Part shown: positions 1-9,298 of the stretch, one piece after another
Numbering within the stretch: position 1 is the first letter of the stretch
Layout of the letters: each line of letters begins with the position of its first letter
Origin: Nitrospirota bacterium
GTDB lineage: Bacteria; Nitrospirota; UBA9217
Assembly: GCA_963796285.1 (NCBI GenBank)
Contig: CAWCKW010000012.1
Span: forward strand, 1,536,001 to 1,600,000
Direction: 5' to 3'
Length of the DNA: 64,000 nt
Notes under the pieces: model-generated
What the model saw: the letters and a program-made list of their open reading frames with translations, nothing else
Databases searched by the model: none
What the model was told of the DNA's origin: nothing
Translations under genes and position numbers: made by a program

Positions 1-175
1 TTATACTTACGACGTCAAGGAAGAAAAGACCCATTGGCGCATTTGGTTTCTCGTAGACAAAACACGGGCCATTATGGCCGCCTTTGTCAGCGATCTTGAG
101 CACGTCAATCCGGCATTGGCTGAAGCCACTCGGATTATCGCTGATATCGAGTTCGTCCTGAGCACGAACGATTGA
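1..175 (+). CDS. 3' end of hypothetical protein (truncated by window edge)
   Basis: Open frame from position 2: YTYDVKEEKTHWRIWFLVDKTRAIMAAF...LSTND, TGA at 173-175; converges on the 257-286 hairpin. Confidence 0.6.
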   Translation, partial: YTYDVKEEKTHWRIWFLVDKTRAIMAAFVSDLEHVNPALAEATRIIADIEFVLSTND

Positions 176-256
176 GCATTCCCATTTTGTAGTAAGCGGA
201 AAACATCCGCGCTCTTTATATATCAAGACCAAAAAATAGATCAGGCAGAAAAAGAC

Positions 257-286
257 AAAGGGCGCAGATAATTATCTGCGCCCTTT
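257..286. terminator. Bidirectional intrinsic terminator
   Basis: Perfect 30-bp palindrome AAAGGGCGCAGATAATTATCTGCGCCCTTT between convergent genes. Confidence 0.8.
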
Positions 287-312
287 ATCGCATTCCTTAT
301 GAATAAGTAACA

Positions 313-1677
313 TCAAACATACTCCCTCAGCATTTTGCTCCGCGCGGGATGGCGCAACTTTTTGAGCGCCTTGATCTCGATCTGCCTTATCCTCTCACGC
401 GTGAGATTGAAGAACTTGCCTACCTCTTCGAGCGTGTGCTCGCTATTCACTCCGATACCAAACCGCATCCTGATTATTTTCTCTTCCCGCTCGGTGAGCG
501 ATGAAAGTACTTGTTCGATGCGGCTTGAAGCTTCGCTGTTCTCAAGTGTCTTGAAGGGAGAAATGGCTTTCTCATCGATGATTACGTCCTTGAGTTCCTT
601 CTCTTCCGAGAGGATCGGTGTTTCCAGGGATACCGGCTCCTGGATCGCCCTTAGGATCTCGTTCACCCGAATCACCGAAAGCCCCATGATCTTCGACACT
701 TCTTCGGGCGCAGGTTCCCTTCCCTTTTCACGCATGAACTTGGCAAAGATACGGCTGATGCGGGTGCTCTCCTCGATAAGGTGCACCGGCAGCCGAATGG
801 TACGCGCCTGGTCCAGAATGGCACGGGTAATCCTCTGCCTGATCCACCACGTGGAATAGGTACTGAACTTGGTCCCCTTCCCTGACTCATACCGGTCTGA
901 GGCCTTCATCAGGCCAATGTTGCCTTCCTGGATAAGGTCGAGGAGCGTCAAACCCCGATTAACGTATTTTTTTGCGATCGAAACCACAAGCCGCATATTT
1001 GCCTGGACCAGTACGTCCTTGGCCTCCTTTACCTTGGCCTCCACTTTATCGATGCGGCTGACCATGTCCATGAGGGTAAACTCATCGAGCCCGAGTTTCT
1101 CCATCTCAACGGTGATGCCTCGCTCTGCCTGCTTGCCTAATCCCGCGAGCTTCTTGAGCATCTTCTCGATCTCGCGGAATGAGAGGCTCATTTCGTTCAC
1201 CGTAGCCGTTGCCCGTTCCATATCACGTCTGGCCACCTGCCTCTTAAGCCTGTTGTAGAGGCGCATGAACTCCGCCTCGTACGAGTCTTTCCACTCGCCG
1301 GGGAAACGAAGAACATCCTGCGCTTTCACGAGCCCCTGCTTGACGTTCGCGCCCAGTGCCAAGACCCTCGGGATCGCGAGCGGAGAACTCAGCGCGATCT
1401 CCTTAAGCACAGCCTTTCCTTCCTCAAGCGTACGCACATATTCCTGCTCCTCTTCGATCTTGAGCATGGGGAATCTGCCCACGGATTTGAGATAAGTATC
1501 GACCAAGTCAGCGCCTGTAACGGCCACCTCTTCGGCAACCTCAGCAACCTCGGCTGGAGAAGGTTCCTCGTCTTCCTCTTCTTCGTCAGCGAACTCGTCC
1601 GCAAGGTCCTCCAACACTTCCTCGGGCACCCCATCGGGATATCCGCTCTTTTCTTCTGATAATGCTATCTTGCTCAT
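313..1677 (-). CDS. RNA polymerase sigma-70 factor, RpoD-like
   Basis: Regions 1.2 (YLKSVG..L..EEE), 2 (NMRLVVSIAKKY, DLIQEGNIGLM, KFSTYSTWWIRQ), 3 (TIRLPVH) and 4 (TLEEVG...TRERIRQIE); acidic N-terminus; not preceded by dnaG. Confidence 0.93.
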   Translation of the reverse strand: MSKIALSEEKSGYPDGVPEEVLEDLADEFADEEEEDEEPSPAEVAEVAEEVAVTGADLVDTYLKSVGRFPMLKIEEEQEYVRTLEEGKAVLKEIALSSPLAIPRVLALGANVKQGLVKAQDVLRFPGEWKDSYEAEFMRLYNRLKRQVARRDMERATATVNEMSLSFREIEKMLKKLAGLGKQAERGITVEMEKLGLDEFTLMDMVSRIDKVEAKVKEAKDVLVQANMRLVVSIAKKYVNRGLTLLDLIQEGNIGLMKASDRYESGKGTKFSTYSTWWIRQRITRAILDQARTIRLPVHLIEESTRISRIFAKFMREKGREPAPEEVSKIMGLSVIRVNEILRAIQEPVSLETPILSEEKELKDVIIDEKAISPFKTLENSEASSRIEQVLSSLTEREEKIIRMRFGIGVNSEHTLEEVGKFFNLTRERIRQIEIKALKKLRHPARSKMLREYV

Positions 1678-1814
1678 ACAACCCACCTTTCATCTCTTTC
1701 TAGTTCAATTATAGCAAATACAGCTATCAGGTCAAACTTTTATTTTATCAAGCAGAGAAAGTGCATATAACCTCGTTCGCGTGAGCAGAACAAGCTTTGT
1801 GTACATTTCAGTTA

Positions 1815-1993
1815 TTTTTTGGCCTGAGATGTCGCGACTTCCCCGGACTGGGCACTGGACTTCCTCTTCGGCATTGGCGGGAGTGCGGGCATGTATATCG
1901 GCGCGCGGTTCCAGAAATAGGTGCCTCGGGCATATCAGCAAGCTCATGCTGGGTATCATGCAGCCTTTTTCTTTCACCATAAACTTCTGCTGA
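1815..1993 (+). pseudogene. Degraded C-terminal fragment of a TauE/SafE (TSUP) sulfite-exporter family gene
   Basis: Across frames: FWPEMS / PDWALDFLFGIGGSAGMYIGARFQK*VP (1843-1926, TAG at 1918-1920) / KLMLGI; resembles the TSUP C-terminal helices from memory; no 5' part. Confidence 0.55.
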
Positions 1994-2003
1994 CAGCCAA
2001 GAG

Positions 2004-2579
2004 CTACTTGAGTCTCCTGCTGCCCGGCTTTACCGGCTTACTGCCCCCCTTGCACTGCGGACAGGTCTCCGCCGTATACGTGGGAACATTCAGCGTTACG
2101 AGGGATTTGTACGGTACCCCGATATCCGCTTTGCCGCCGGAACGGTCAACAAGCGAAGCTGCGGCAATGACGACCCCGCCCGCCTGCTGCACGACCTTGA
2201 TGGTCTCCTTCGTCGACTTGCCTGTCGTGATCACATCTTCCACCACAAGGACCCTCTCACCCGGTTTGATCGTGAATCCGCGCCGAAGTGTTAGTTCACC
2301 GTCCGCTCGTTCGGCGAACAGTGCGCGCACTCCCAATGCTCGCGCCGTTTCGTGAGACACGAACACACCGCCCAGTGCCGGCGCGATGACGACGTCGATC
2401 ATTAAATCCTTAAAGTTGTCCGCAAGGGCTGCGCAGAGCTTCGTCGCGATCTCCGGTTGCTGAAGTACGAGCGCGCTCTGCAGATACTGTTCGCTGTGGA
2501 GGCCTGATGAGAGCAGAAAGTGTCCGTTAAGCAGCGCCCCGGTCTTTTTGTAAATGTCCAATACCTGTTCTGATGTCAT
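2004..2579 (-). CDS. pyrE: Orotate phosphoribosyltransferase
   Basis: GHFLLSSGLHS and PRPP-binding motif VLVVEDVITTGKS; follows pyrF. Confidence 0.95.
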   Translation of the reverse strand: MTSEQVLDIYKKTGALLNGHFLLSSGLHSEQYLQSALVLQQPEIATKLCAALADNFKDLMIDVVIAPALGGVFVSHETARALGVRALFAERADGELTLRRGFTIKPGERVLVVEDVITTGKSTKETIKVVQQAGGVVIAAASLVDRSGGKADIGVPYKSLVTLNVPTYTAETCPQCKGGSKPVKPGSRRLK

Positions 2580-2739
2580 GTCCTTACCCCTTAGATTCAT
2601 TTGCTGCAGCGTTTACAGAGATCACAGAGCAAGTTATGGTTCCTATTTGATGGTTCATGGAGAATAGACTCTCACAAGAACTATGAGCCATGAACTCAGA
2701 ACGACATCCTGTGACTTCCGCGTGCATCCCCGTGAGCAT

Positions 2740-3465
2740 TTATTTTATTTCTTCAAGAATTTTCTCCACCGCGGCCTTCCGGTCCCTTGCTTTGAGCACC
2801 GGCCTCCCGACAACGATATAGTCAGCGCCGGCCTTGAGCGCCTCTCCCGGCGTCATGACCCGCTTCTGGTCGTCCTTATCCGCCCATGCAGGTCTTACGC
2901 CCGGCGTGAGAATGACGAATTCTCCACGAACGACCCGGCGCAGCATCTTGATCTCCTGCGGTGAGGCGACCACTCCGTGCATTCCCGCACGCTGTGCCAG
3001 CCGCGCCAGGTGGGCTACCTCGCGCTGGAGCGAACGCGTTATTTTGAGCTCTTTTCGCATACTTTTTTCGTCCATGCTCGTGAGGATGGTGACCGCGAGT
3101 AACGTCGGCACCGGCACGTTGTATTTTCCCGCTGTTTCCTTCGCCGATTCGACCGCCGCCCTCATCATGTCGATCCCGCCCAGGGAATGCACATTGAAAA
3201 TGCTCACGCCGAGTTTCACTGCCTCGGCAGATGCTTTGGCCACGGTGTTCGGAATATCGTGGTATTTGAGGTCAAGAAATACGCGACCGCCCATGCCGAT
3301 GATTCGGCGCACGATGTCCGGACCGTATGCGGTAAAGAGCTGATGACCGACCTTGAACACACCAACGGAATCCTTGAGTTCGGCAACGATAGCAAGGGCG
3401 TCACGATCGTTGTCAACATCCAGCGCGAGTGCAATGCGGTCTCTAGCGGTAATTGTATTGACCAT
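2740..3465 (-). CDS. pyrF: Orotidine-5'-phosphate decarboxylase
   Basis: ALALD, FLDLKYHDIPNT, LTPGVRP, YIVVGRP. Confidence 0.97.
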   Translation of the reverse strand: MVNTITARDRIALALDVDNDRDALAIVAELKDSVGVFKVGHQLFTAYGPDIVRRIIGMGGRVFLDLKYHDIPNTVAKASAEAVKLGVSIFNVHSLGGIDMMRAAVESAKETAGKYNVPVPTLLAVTILTSMDEKSMRKELKITRSLQREVAHLARLAQRAGMHGVVASPQEIKMLRRVVRGEFVILTPGVRPAWADKDDQKRVMTPGEALKAGADYIVVGRPVLKARDRKAAVEKILEEIK

Positions 3466-3512
3466 AAGATGAAAAAGCTTTTACGCCGGCTCCTGACTTT
3501 TGACCCGGCCCG

Positions 3513-4083
3513 TTAATAGATCCTGAGCAAGCTCAACAATCGGTCCTTGAACACTTCTGCCAATACCTGCAGGCGCGGCGGAAGCAGAAACTTGTTCGCG
3601 TTGTTGGAAAACAGGACCCATGCCTCGTGGGGGAAATCCTGGGTCTCCTGAGACAGTTCCAGGTGCAGATGAACCATCGGCAATGCCTGGATCGAAATTG
3701 CCATGTCGCTGCCGATGAGACTCGGCACTGTTTTGGCGTTCACCATGGGCAGGAGGGTGTTTGCACGGGTAATGATCTCCGCCGCATAGTTGACGATCGG
3801 CAGTTCTACTCTTTTCCTGAAATCCGGCGACGGTTGACCGGAGAAACCGCCGATCGTGCGCCAGGGTAGCAGGTCCAGCGACGTCCCGGATGAAGAATAG
3901 ATAGTCGAGGATCACGGCTGCATGGACTTCGGGCGCCTGCTGGCCATGAAGAAAAATACCGTCGTGATGGATAACATACTCCTGTCCAAGCATGTCGAGG
4001 AGAAGTGTATCCTCTTCGTCATTATAGAGAGCACAGATACGGTCCGCTTGTTCCGGAAATGAGGTATGCGCCAGGGATTTCAC
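3513..4083 (-). CDS. DUF3786-like hypothetical protein (frameshifted, probable sequencing error)
   Basis: ORFs 3481..4083 (N-part) and 3513..3746 (C-part: IQALPMVHL...DFPHEAWVLF) join into one protein. Confidence 0.6.
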
Positions 4084-4216
4084 AGCAGTCTCCGGCGTTG
4101 AATCTTTTCAAGGGGAATTACACCGGCACCCGGGGAAAAGGTCATCAGAAAATTCGGGAATACCCAAGGCGTGAGGAGCGATCCTGATAGGATAGGGAAA
4201 AGGCAAGGCCATGGTG

Positions 4217-4703
4217 TCAGACTTCCTGTTTTATTCGCTGGATGATTTCGGCGATCAAGTCCTGAAAATTGATTTGAAGCTGGATAATATCGGAAGGGAA
4301 GCGCTCCTCGAACTGATAATCGGCCTGCATCCAGCAGAAAGAGGCTGAAAATAATCTCCTTTACCTGGGCCTTTAAGCCGCCGAACAGGTCCTTGGACGA
4401 TATAAGTCGGTTTTCGACAAGGATCGCCCCCAGTTGTTTCAATCCCAGATTTTTCTTGTGAAGTTGGGTCGCATACTCCAGGTTCTCACGCGTAAGCATG
4501 CCGGTTTTAACGAGGACATCACCAAGCCGGTCATGGCTGATGTTGGACGTTGCAAAAACGATCTGGCCGATCTTAAAATAAATGCACTTTTTCAAACCGC
4601 CGCTGCTCACGATCAAGGTGCCAGTGGCTTTTTTCTGGCGCAGTTGTTCCAAAACATCCACGAGCGGTGTAAACGATATTTTTCCTGAAAGCGCAATAGA
4701 CAT
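4217..4703 (-). CDS. DUF4388/PatA_N-like protein with MshEN-like RLGxxL motifs (frameshifted near 4325)
   Basis: LSGKISFTPLVDVLEQL..KKATGTL; RLGDVLVKTG, QLGAILVE; shifted frame ends IIQRIKQEV*. Confidence 0.7.
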
Positions 4704-4804
4704 TAGATGATTTTACATGGGAGAGAAGAACCCATTTGCCTGCTCATCACCGCATCGTTGTCGACAGCCACACGTCCAAAAAACCGCCAGCAGTGCAGTT
4801 AAGC

Positions 4805-5431
4805 TTAATACTCAAACCTGATCCCGGCTCCACCCATCAGTTTGGAACCGGATTTCAGTTCCAGGAGGACCATGAATTTCTGGCTCAGCTTCCATTCCAA
4901 GCCGCCGAAAACATTCAGCGATGTATTGTTGTCATCAGGCAGCGATCCGCGTAACACTGCCATCTCGAGGCCGCCATAGGGAGTGAATTTATATCCGCGA
5001 TCGGCCAGCGAGAACCCCTTGCTCACAATTGTAGAAAACGACGTAACGGTTGCATTTTTGCTGTGGATGATCGTATTGTCCAACCCTAAGTCCACCGCAA
5101 GGTCGATGGGCACCCCTTCGGTTTCCTTGATGATCTGATACTTAAAATCAGCGCCGACCAACGCGCCAACACTTTCGCCCGAATCGATCGAAGCGGACGT
5201 GAGCCCGAACTTTACGCCCACTTCCATCATCGCCCCTAATCCATAGCGGACTTCGGGATAGTAGTTTTTATAGTGGTCTCCAAGCGTAAACTGAATGCCG
5301 GCCTGGGTCATGCCCGAGTCGAGGCTCTCCGCAGTGGTAAATTCAGCCTGGGTAAAACGGGGGGTCGCACCCACCTGGCCGGCTAATAGGACGAGCATGA
5401 TTCCTGCGCACAGCGTAACTATTTTTTTCAT
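4805..5431 (-). CDS. Secreted/outer-membrane beta-barrel-like protein
   Basis: Signal peptide MKKIVTLCAGIMLVLLAGQVGA, alternating beta-strand pattern, C-terminal IRFEY. Confidence 0.7.
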   Translation of the reverse strand: MKKIVTLCAGIMLVLLAGQVGATPRFTQAEFTTAESLDSGMTQAGIQFTLGDHYKNYYPEVRYGLGAMMEVGVKFGLTSASIDSGESVGALVGADFKYQIIKETEGVPIDLAVDLGLDNTIIHSKNATVTSFSTIVSKGFSLADRGYKFTPYGGLEMAVLRGSLPDDNNTSLNVFGGLEWKLSQKFMVLLELKSGSKLMGGAGIRFEY

Positions 5432-5638
5432 TCTCTTGCCCCCTCTTTTGTGTAATGGTTTTTCAACACACCGCCTCAAAATATAACATCAAACATCTGG
5501 ATTGACAAGAAAAAAATCAGTGGGTGGAAAAAGCCGGGGAAGAGTGCACAGGTTCTACGGTTTGGGAAATAAGCGGAATTTCAGGAGCGGAGCGCGGGTA
5601 CGATCTGATAGGGGCGGGCAGCGGAACCGCGCACCGTG

Positions 5639-6175
5639 TCAGCCGTCCCTGTCCAGTTCAACATTCCAGTAGAGGTAATCGCGCCAGCTCAAAGGCGCAT
5701 TCTTGATCCCAAGCGTAAGCGTGACCACCGGCATCCACTTGGGTTTCACCGGCGGTCTGATCAGCCTCATTTTCGCCTCTCGCGGGGTCCTGCCTCCTTT
5801 TCTATTGTTGCAGGCGAGGCAGGCGGTCACGATGTTCTCCCAGGTGGCGTCACCGCCCTGCACTTGCGGGATGACGTGGTCGAAGGTAAGGTCCTCGGCA
5901 TGATATTTCACACCGCAATATTGACAGACGTATTTGTCGCGCTGGTAAATGTTGGCCCGGGAAAACCGCACTTCGCGGCTCGCTCGCCTGATCTTGACAA
6001 GCTTGAGCAAACGGAGGATCGAGGGAAGCCTGAAGGTGAGGGACACTCCCCGGATGTCCCGGTCGTAAGAGTCGATCACCTCGACCTTGCCCTGAGTGAG
6101 CAGGGTGATCGCCCTCTGCCAGGAAATGATCTTTAGCGGTTCAAATGTTGCGTTCAGAAGCAGCGTCCGTTCCAT
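5639..6175 (-). CDS. HNH endonuclease (stand-alone family)
   Basis: LLLNATFEPL N-terminus; RD.YVCQYCG, TFDHVIP, WENIVTACLACNNRK. Confidence 0.92.
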   Translation of the reverse strand: MERTLLLNATFEPLKIISWQRAITLLTQGKVEVIDSYDRDIRGVSLTFRLPSILRLLKLVKIRRASREVRFSRANIYQRDKYVCQYCGVKYHAEDLTFDHVIPQVQGGDATWENIVTACLACNNRKGGRTPREAKMRLIRPPVKPKWMPVVTLTLGIKNAPLSWRDYLYWNVELDRDG

Positions 6176-6315
6176 TCAGACCCTCGGTGAATACCAGACT
6201 TCTTGAAATCGATATCCCCAGTGAACCGGAAACACAATAACACGCTCATTGAGGTATAAAAATACAGAATATAGTACCATTTGTCAATAGGTTTGAAACT
6301 TTGTATAATGGGACC

Positions 6316-7211
6316 ATGTCCGAATCAGAGGAGCTACGAAGTGCGCAGGCAGCGGCTGCAAGCGAGGAGGAGATCGCCAGGTTTCTCCATGATCCCTCTC
6401 CCCGGGTCATGCGCGCGCTGCTCGAAAACAGGCGCCTGGCAGAAGAAGACGTCCTGATCATCGTGAAGAGAAAGAACCTGCCTTCGGACATCCTGGTAAT
6501 GGTCTTTAAGGACAAGCGCTGGGCCGAGAGTTACCCGGTCCGACTGGCGCTCGCCAGGAATCCACGGTCACCGCTCTCGGTCTCGCTGACCATCGCCCGC
6601 TACCTCCGCTTCTTCGACCTCGAAGAGATAACCCGCAGCCATTTCATCCCCCTTGTCTTCAGGCACAAGGTTGAAATGATCATCAACGAGCGGATCCCCA
6701 CCATGCCGCTCGGGAACAAGAAAACGCTCGCCAAGAAAGCTGCCGGCGGTGTCCTGCTCAAATTGCTTCTGGACGCCGATGCCGAGGTCGTGAAGCTCTG
6801 TCTCAATAACCCCCATATCACCGAGGGTCACCTCTTCAAGGTCATCAGCCGCAGAGACACGCGAGCAGAGACGATCCGGATGATCGCGGAACACCCGAAC
6901 TGGTCAAGCCGCTCGCTGATACGGTTCTCCCTGGTCCGCAATGCGACTACACCCCTCTCTCTTTCTCAGTACGCTTTCTTTCGGAGATGAAGATCATGGA
7001 CCTGCGGGAGCTCTATGCCGATCCGTCAGTGCCCGTGACCATCAGGCCGTTCATACACCGCGAACTATGGGTGCGCGGAGAAGAACCGTCGCTGGAGGTG
7101 AAAGAACACATTTTTGAAATAGACGAGGAAGAAATGGCGGAGATAGAGGCTGAAGGAACGATGCCCGAGATCGTCGATGAGGAGGAACAGCAGAGAAGCG
7201 ATGCTGAATGA
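6316..7211 (+). CDS. Helical-repeat hypothetical protein (LRV/DUF2336-like), frameshift near 6965
   Basis: Repeated ALARNPRSP / CLNNP / LVRNATTP motifs; ORF 6987..7211 supplies an acidic C-terminus. Confidence 0.65.
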
Positions 7212-7283
7212 AGTACCTTCTCTGCGTCTCCGCGTCTCGGCGGTCAAAGTCGATGTGCTCCGATGTTATCTAATATCACCCTG

Positions 7284-8417
7284 CTACTTCAGAATTTTGA
7301 GCGCCCATCCCCTGCCTACCGTGATCGCGCCCTGGGGACAGAATTCCTGACAGCAGAAACAGCGAATGCAGTCTCGATAGCGTATCTCCAGTACCCCGTC
7401 CCTGTTCTCGATCGCTCCCTGCGGGCAGTGGCCCTGGCAGATCCCGCACTGGATGCATGAGCGGTTGTTGATCACCGGTTTCGTGGTCAATGCGTCCTTG
7501 AGCACCAGCCTCGCCCATTCAGGGAGACGCCATTCGAGGTGTTCCTGCGGCGGCAATCGAAACTGTTTGACCGCCACGCTCGCGATGGATTCGCCAAAGA
7601 CCCTGATGCGGTCTAGCTGCGTTTCTCCATATCCTGCTGTCGCGGCCGCTCGAATGAGGGGAAGTTTTTCCAACGATACACCCAGCACACTGCTTGAGAC
7701 CACATCCACTGCCACCGGGTCCTGACCTGCGATCACCACACCGATCTGCCGCGGTTCGCCGCTGCCGGGACCGTTTCCTTCCATCCCGATGACCGCATCC
7801 ATGATCGTGAGCCGCGGCTTGAGCAGCGCGCAGAGCTCGTTCAGCATGGTCGCAAAAAGCTCGTGATTCACACCGGTATTGAAATGCCACTGGACCTTTC
7901 GCTTGCCGGGCACACACCCGAAGAGGTTCTTGACCGCCCCCGTGAGCGTCGTCATGCCGTGGGTCTTGAGCTTCGGAAGATTGATGATCGCATCCGCTTC
8001 GTATGCCGCACGGGCGATCTCGAAGCGCTGGAACCTGCCCTGGTTCCTGACCTGCACGACCTCGTCCAGTTCCACCAGCGTTGCGCCTTCCTCATTCACT
8101 ACGTCCAGGATACCGGCCTTCTCGCACACTTTCCGGAGATCTCCCATGCCGGGGCTGTCGCCCACCATCGGCTCGCCGCCCGCCTCGCGCACGAGCCTGA
8201 TCACGGCCCGCACGACCTCGGGGTGCGTGGTCACCGCCGCTTCCGGCGCCTTGCCCTTGAGCAGGTTCGGTTTGATGAGCACCCGCTCGCCGGGTTTCAC
8301 GAAGGCGTGCATCCCTCCCAGCAGGTCAACGGCCTGCTTGACCGCAGCAAAAATCCGCTCACGGTCATAATCGGCACAGCGCACAATGGAGACAGCTGAT
8401 GAAGTATGTTTAGTCAT
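7284..8417 (-). CDS. DUF362 iron-sulfur protein with C-terminal 2x[4Fe-4S] ferredoxin domain
   Basis: VLIKPNLL, TTHP, INLPKLKTH, KNLFG, MEGNGP; CIQCGICQGHCP and CIRCFCCQEFCP. Confidence 0.9.
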   Translation of the reverse strand: MTKHTSSAVSIVRCADYDRERIFAAVKQAVDLLGGMHAFVKPGERVLIKPNLLKGKAPEAAVTTHPEVVRAVIRLVREAGGEPMVGDSPGMGDLRKVCEKAGILDVVNEEGATLVELDEVVQVRNQGRFQRFEIARAAYEADAIINLPKLKTHGMTTLTGAVKNLFGCVPGKRKVQWHFNTGVNHELFATMLNELCALLKPRLTIMDAVIGMEGNGPGSGEPRQIGVVIAGQDPVAVDVVSSSVLGVSLEKLPLIRAAATAGYGETQLDRIRVFGESIASVAVKQFRLPPQEHLEWRLPEWARLVLKDALTTKPVINNRSCIQCGICQGHCPQGAIENRDGVLEIRYRDCIRCFCCQEFCPQGAITVGRGWALKILK

Positions 8418-8419
8418 AC

Positions 8420-8680
8420 ATTATTATAAAGCATCTCAAGAGAATAGCGACGGAGCATTTGCAGATTATTTCTGTTGATCCGAAGTCTGCTTCTTATCTC
8501 GCGACTTTTGTAAAAACAATGGCATTTGATCAGATCGGGAATCAGCCAGCGTATATTTGCGCTGGCAATCGAGAAAATCCCCGATCCATTTCCTGCAATC
8601 AGCATGGCGGGAAATGGGGATTATCGCTTTTTCATTACATCTTCGTATGCTGAAGAAATCTCGTTTGGAATTGGAAGTAT
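8420..8680 (-). pseudogene. N-terminal remnant of a long-form integron integrase
   Basis: Minus strand reads ILPIPNEISSAYEDVMKKR/IPISRHADCRKWIGDFLDCQRKYTLADSRSDQMPLFLQKSRDKKQTSDQQK*SANAPSLF (ATA at the start position, frameshift, stop). Resembles, from memory, the N-terminal extension of long IntI proteins; divergent from a cassette with attC. Confidence 0.6.
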
Positions 8681-8735
8681 AAATGGTTGACCTCGTCCGG
8701 ACTAATATCCGAAAATGCATGTTCGTCAGTTTTAA

Positions 8736-8806
8736 ACTGTAATGAAATTAGACATATACGTCAAGTAATATTTTTCCTTGACGGTAAAAAAGCAACCTGC
8801 TAAAGT
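8736..8806. promoter_or_regulatory. Back-to-back divergent sigma70 promoters (Pint-like and Pc-like)
   Basis: Minus: TTGACG(8764-8759)-17-TACAGT(8741-8736); plus: TTGACG(8778-8783)-17-TAAAGT(8801-8806) with an extended TG. Confidence 0.65.
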
Positions 8807-8844
8807 CGATTCCTGTAACTGCTCAATAACTATTTAGCCATTGA

Positions 8845-9063
8845 ATGAATATGAATAAACTACTCCGTTATATTATGGGTGGTATGGTCTTTCTTCTTGG
8901 ATGCTATCTAACCGTCCTTGAAATCGGGATCACATATTCTGAATGGCGAGTATTGCAATCACCAGGCAATGTGACCAGACAATTAGCAATGGTTGCCTTA
9001 TTCACTTTGATAGGGCTTTCAATAGCTTATGGAGGGATTCGAATAATAAGGAAGAAAGAGTAA
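8845..9063 (+). CDS. Small two-helix membrane protein, integron gene cassette
   Basis: AT-rich ORF with 2 hydrophobic segments; preceded by TTAGCC (8834-8839) and followed by attC. Confidence 0.7.
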   Translation: MNMNKLLRYIMGGMVFLLGCYLTVLEIGITYSEWRVLQSPGNVTRQLAMVALFTLIGLSIAYGGIRIIRKKE

Positions 9064-9113
9064 GACTCACAGATTAATTCAGTTGTCCGGAACAATAAGC
9101 AACAGAAGGACAA

Positions 9114-9173
9114 GGCTAACAGCCGGGTCGAGAACGACGCGCTAGAAACGCGCGTCTCACCCGTGCGTTAAAA
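9114..9173 (+). mobile_element. Integron attC recombination site (60 bp)
   Basis: R'' GGCTAAC, 5-bp spacer, L'' GGTCGAGA, inner CGCG stem, L' TCTCACC (one extrahelical base), 5-bp spacer, R' GTTAAAA; R'' is complementary to the cassette start TTAGCC. Confidence 0.8.
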
Positions 9174-9227
9174 AAGCACGATCGATATACGGAATATTTG
9201 CCCGCACAGCACCCGCACAGCATGTCC

Positions 9228-9256
9228 TTGACAAATGTCCTTCATTGTCTTACTCT
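9228..9256 (+). promoter_or_regulatory. Sigma70 promoter of the REC-LpxC gene
   Basis: TTGACA-17 bp-TACTCT; tandem CCCGCACAGCA x2 at 9201-9222 just upstream. Confidence 0.65.
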
Positions 9257-9298
9257 GTTAACTATTCAAATCGCAATGAACACCAGGCATAACCTTAT

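Noticed and set aside
5639-6175. HNH nuclease as part of a defence, CRISPR or homing system
   Set aside because: Matches a common stand-alone HNH family; no array, methylase, intron or recognisable ncRNA nearby.
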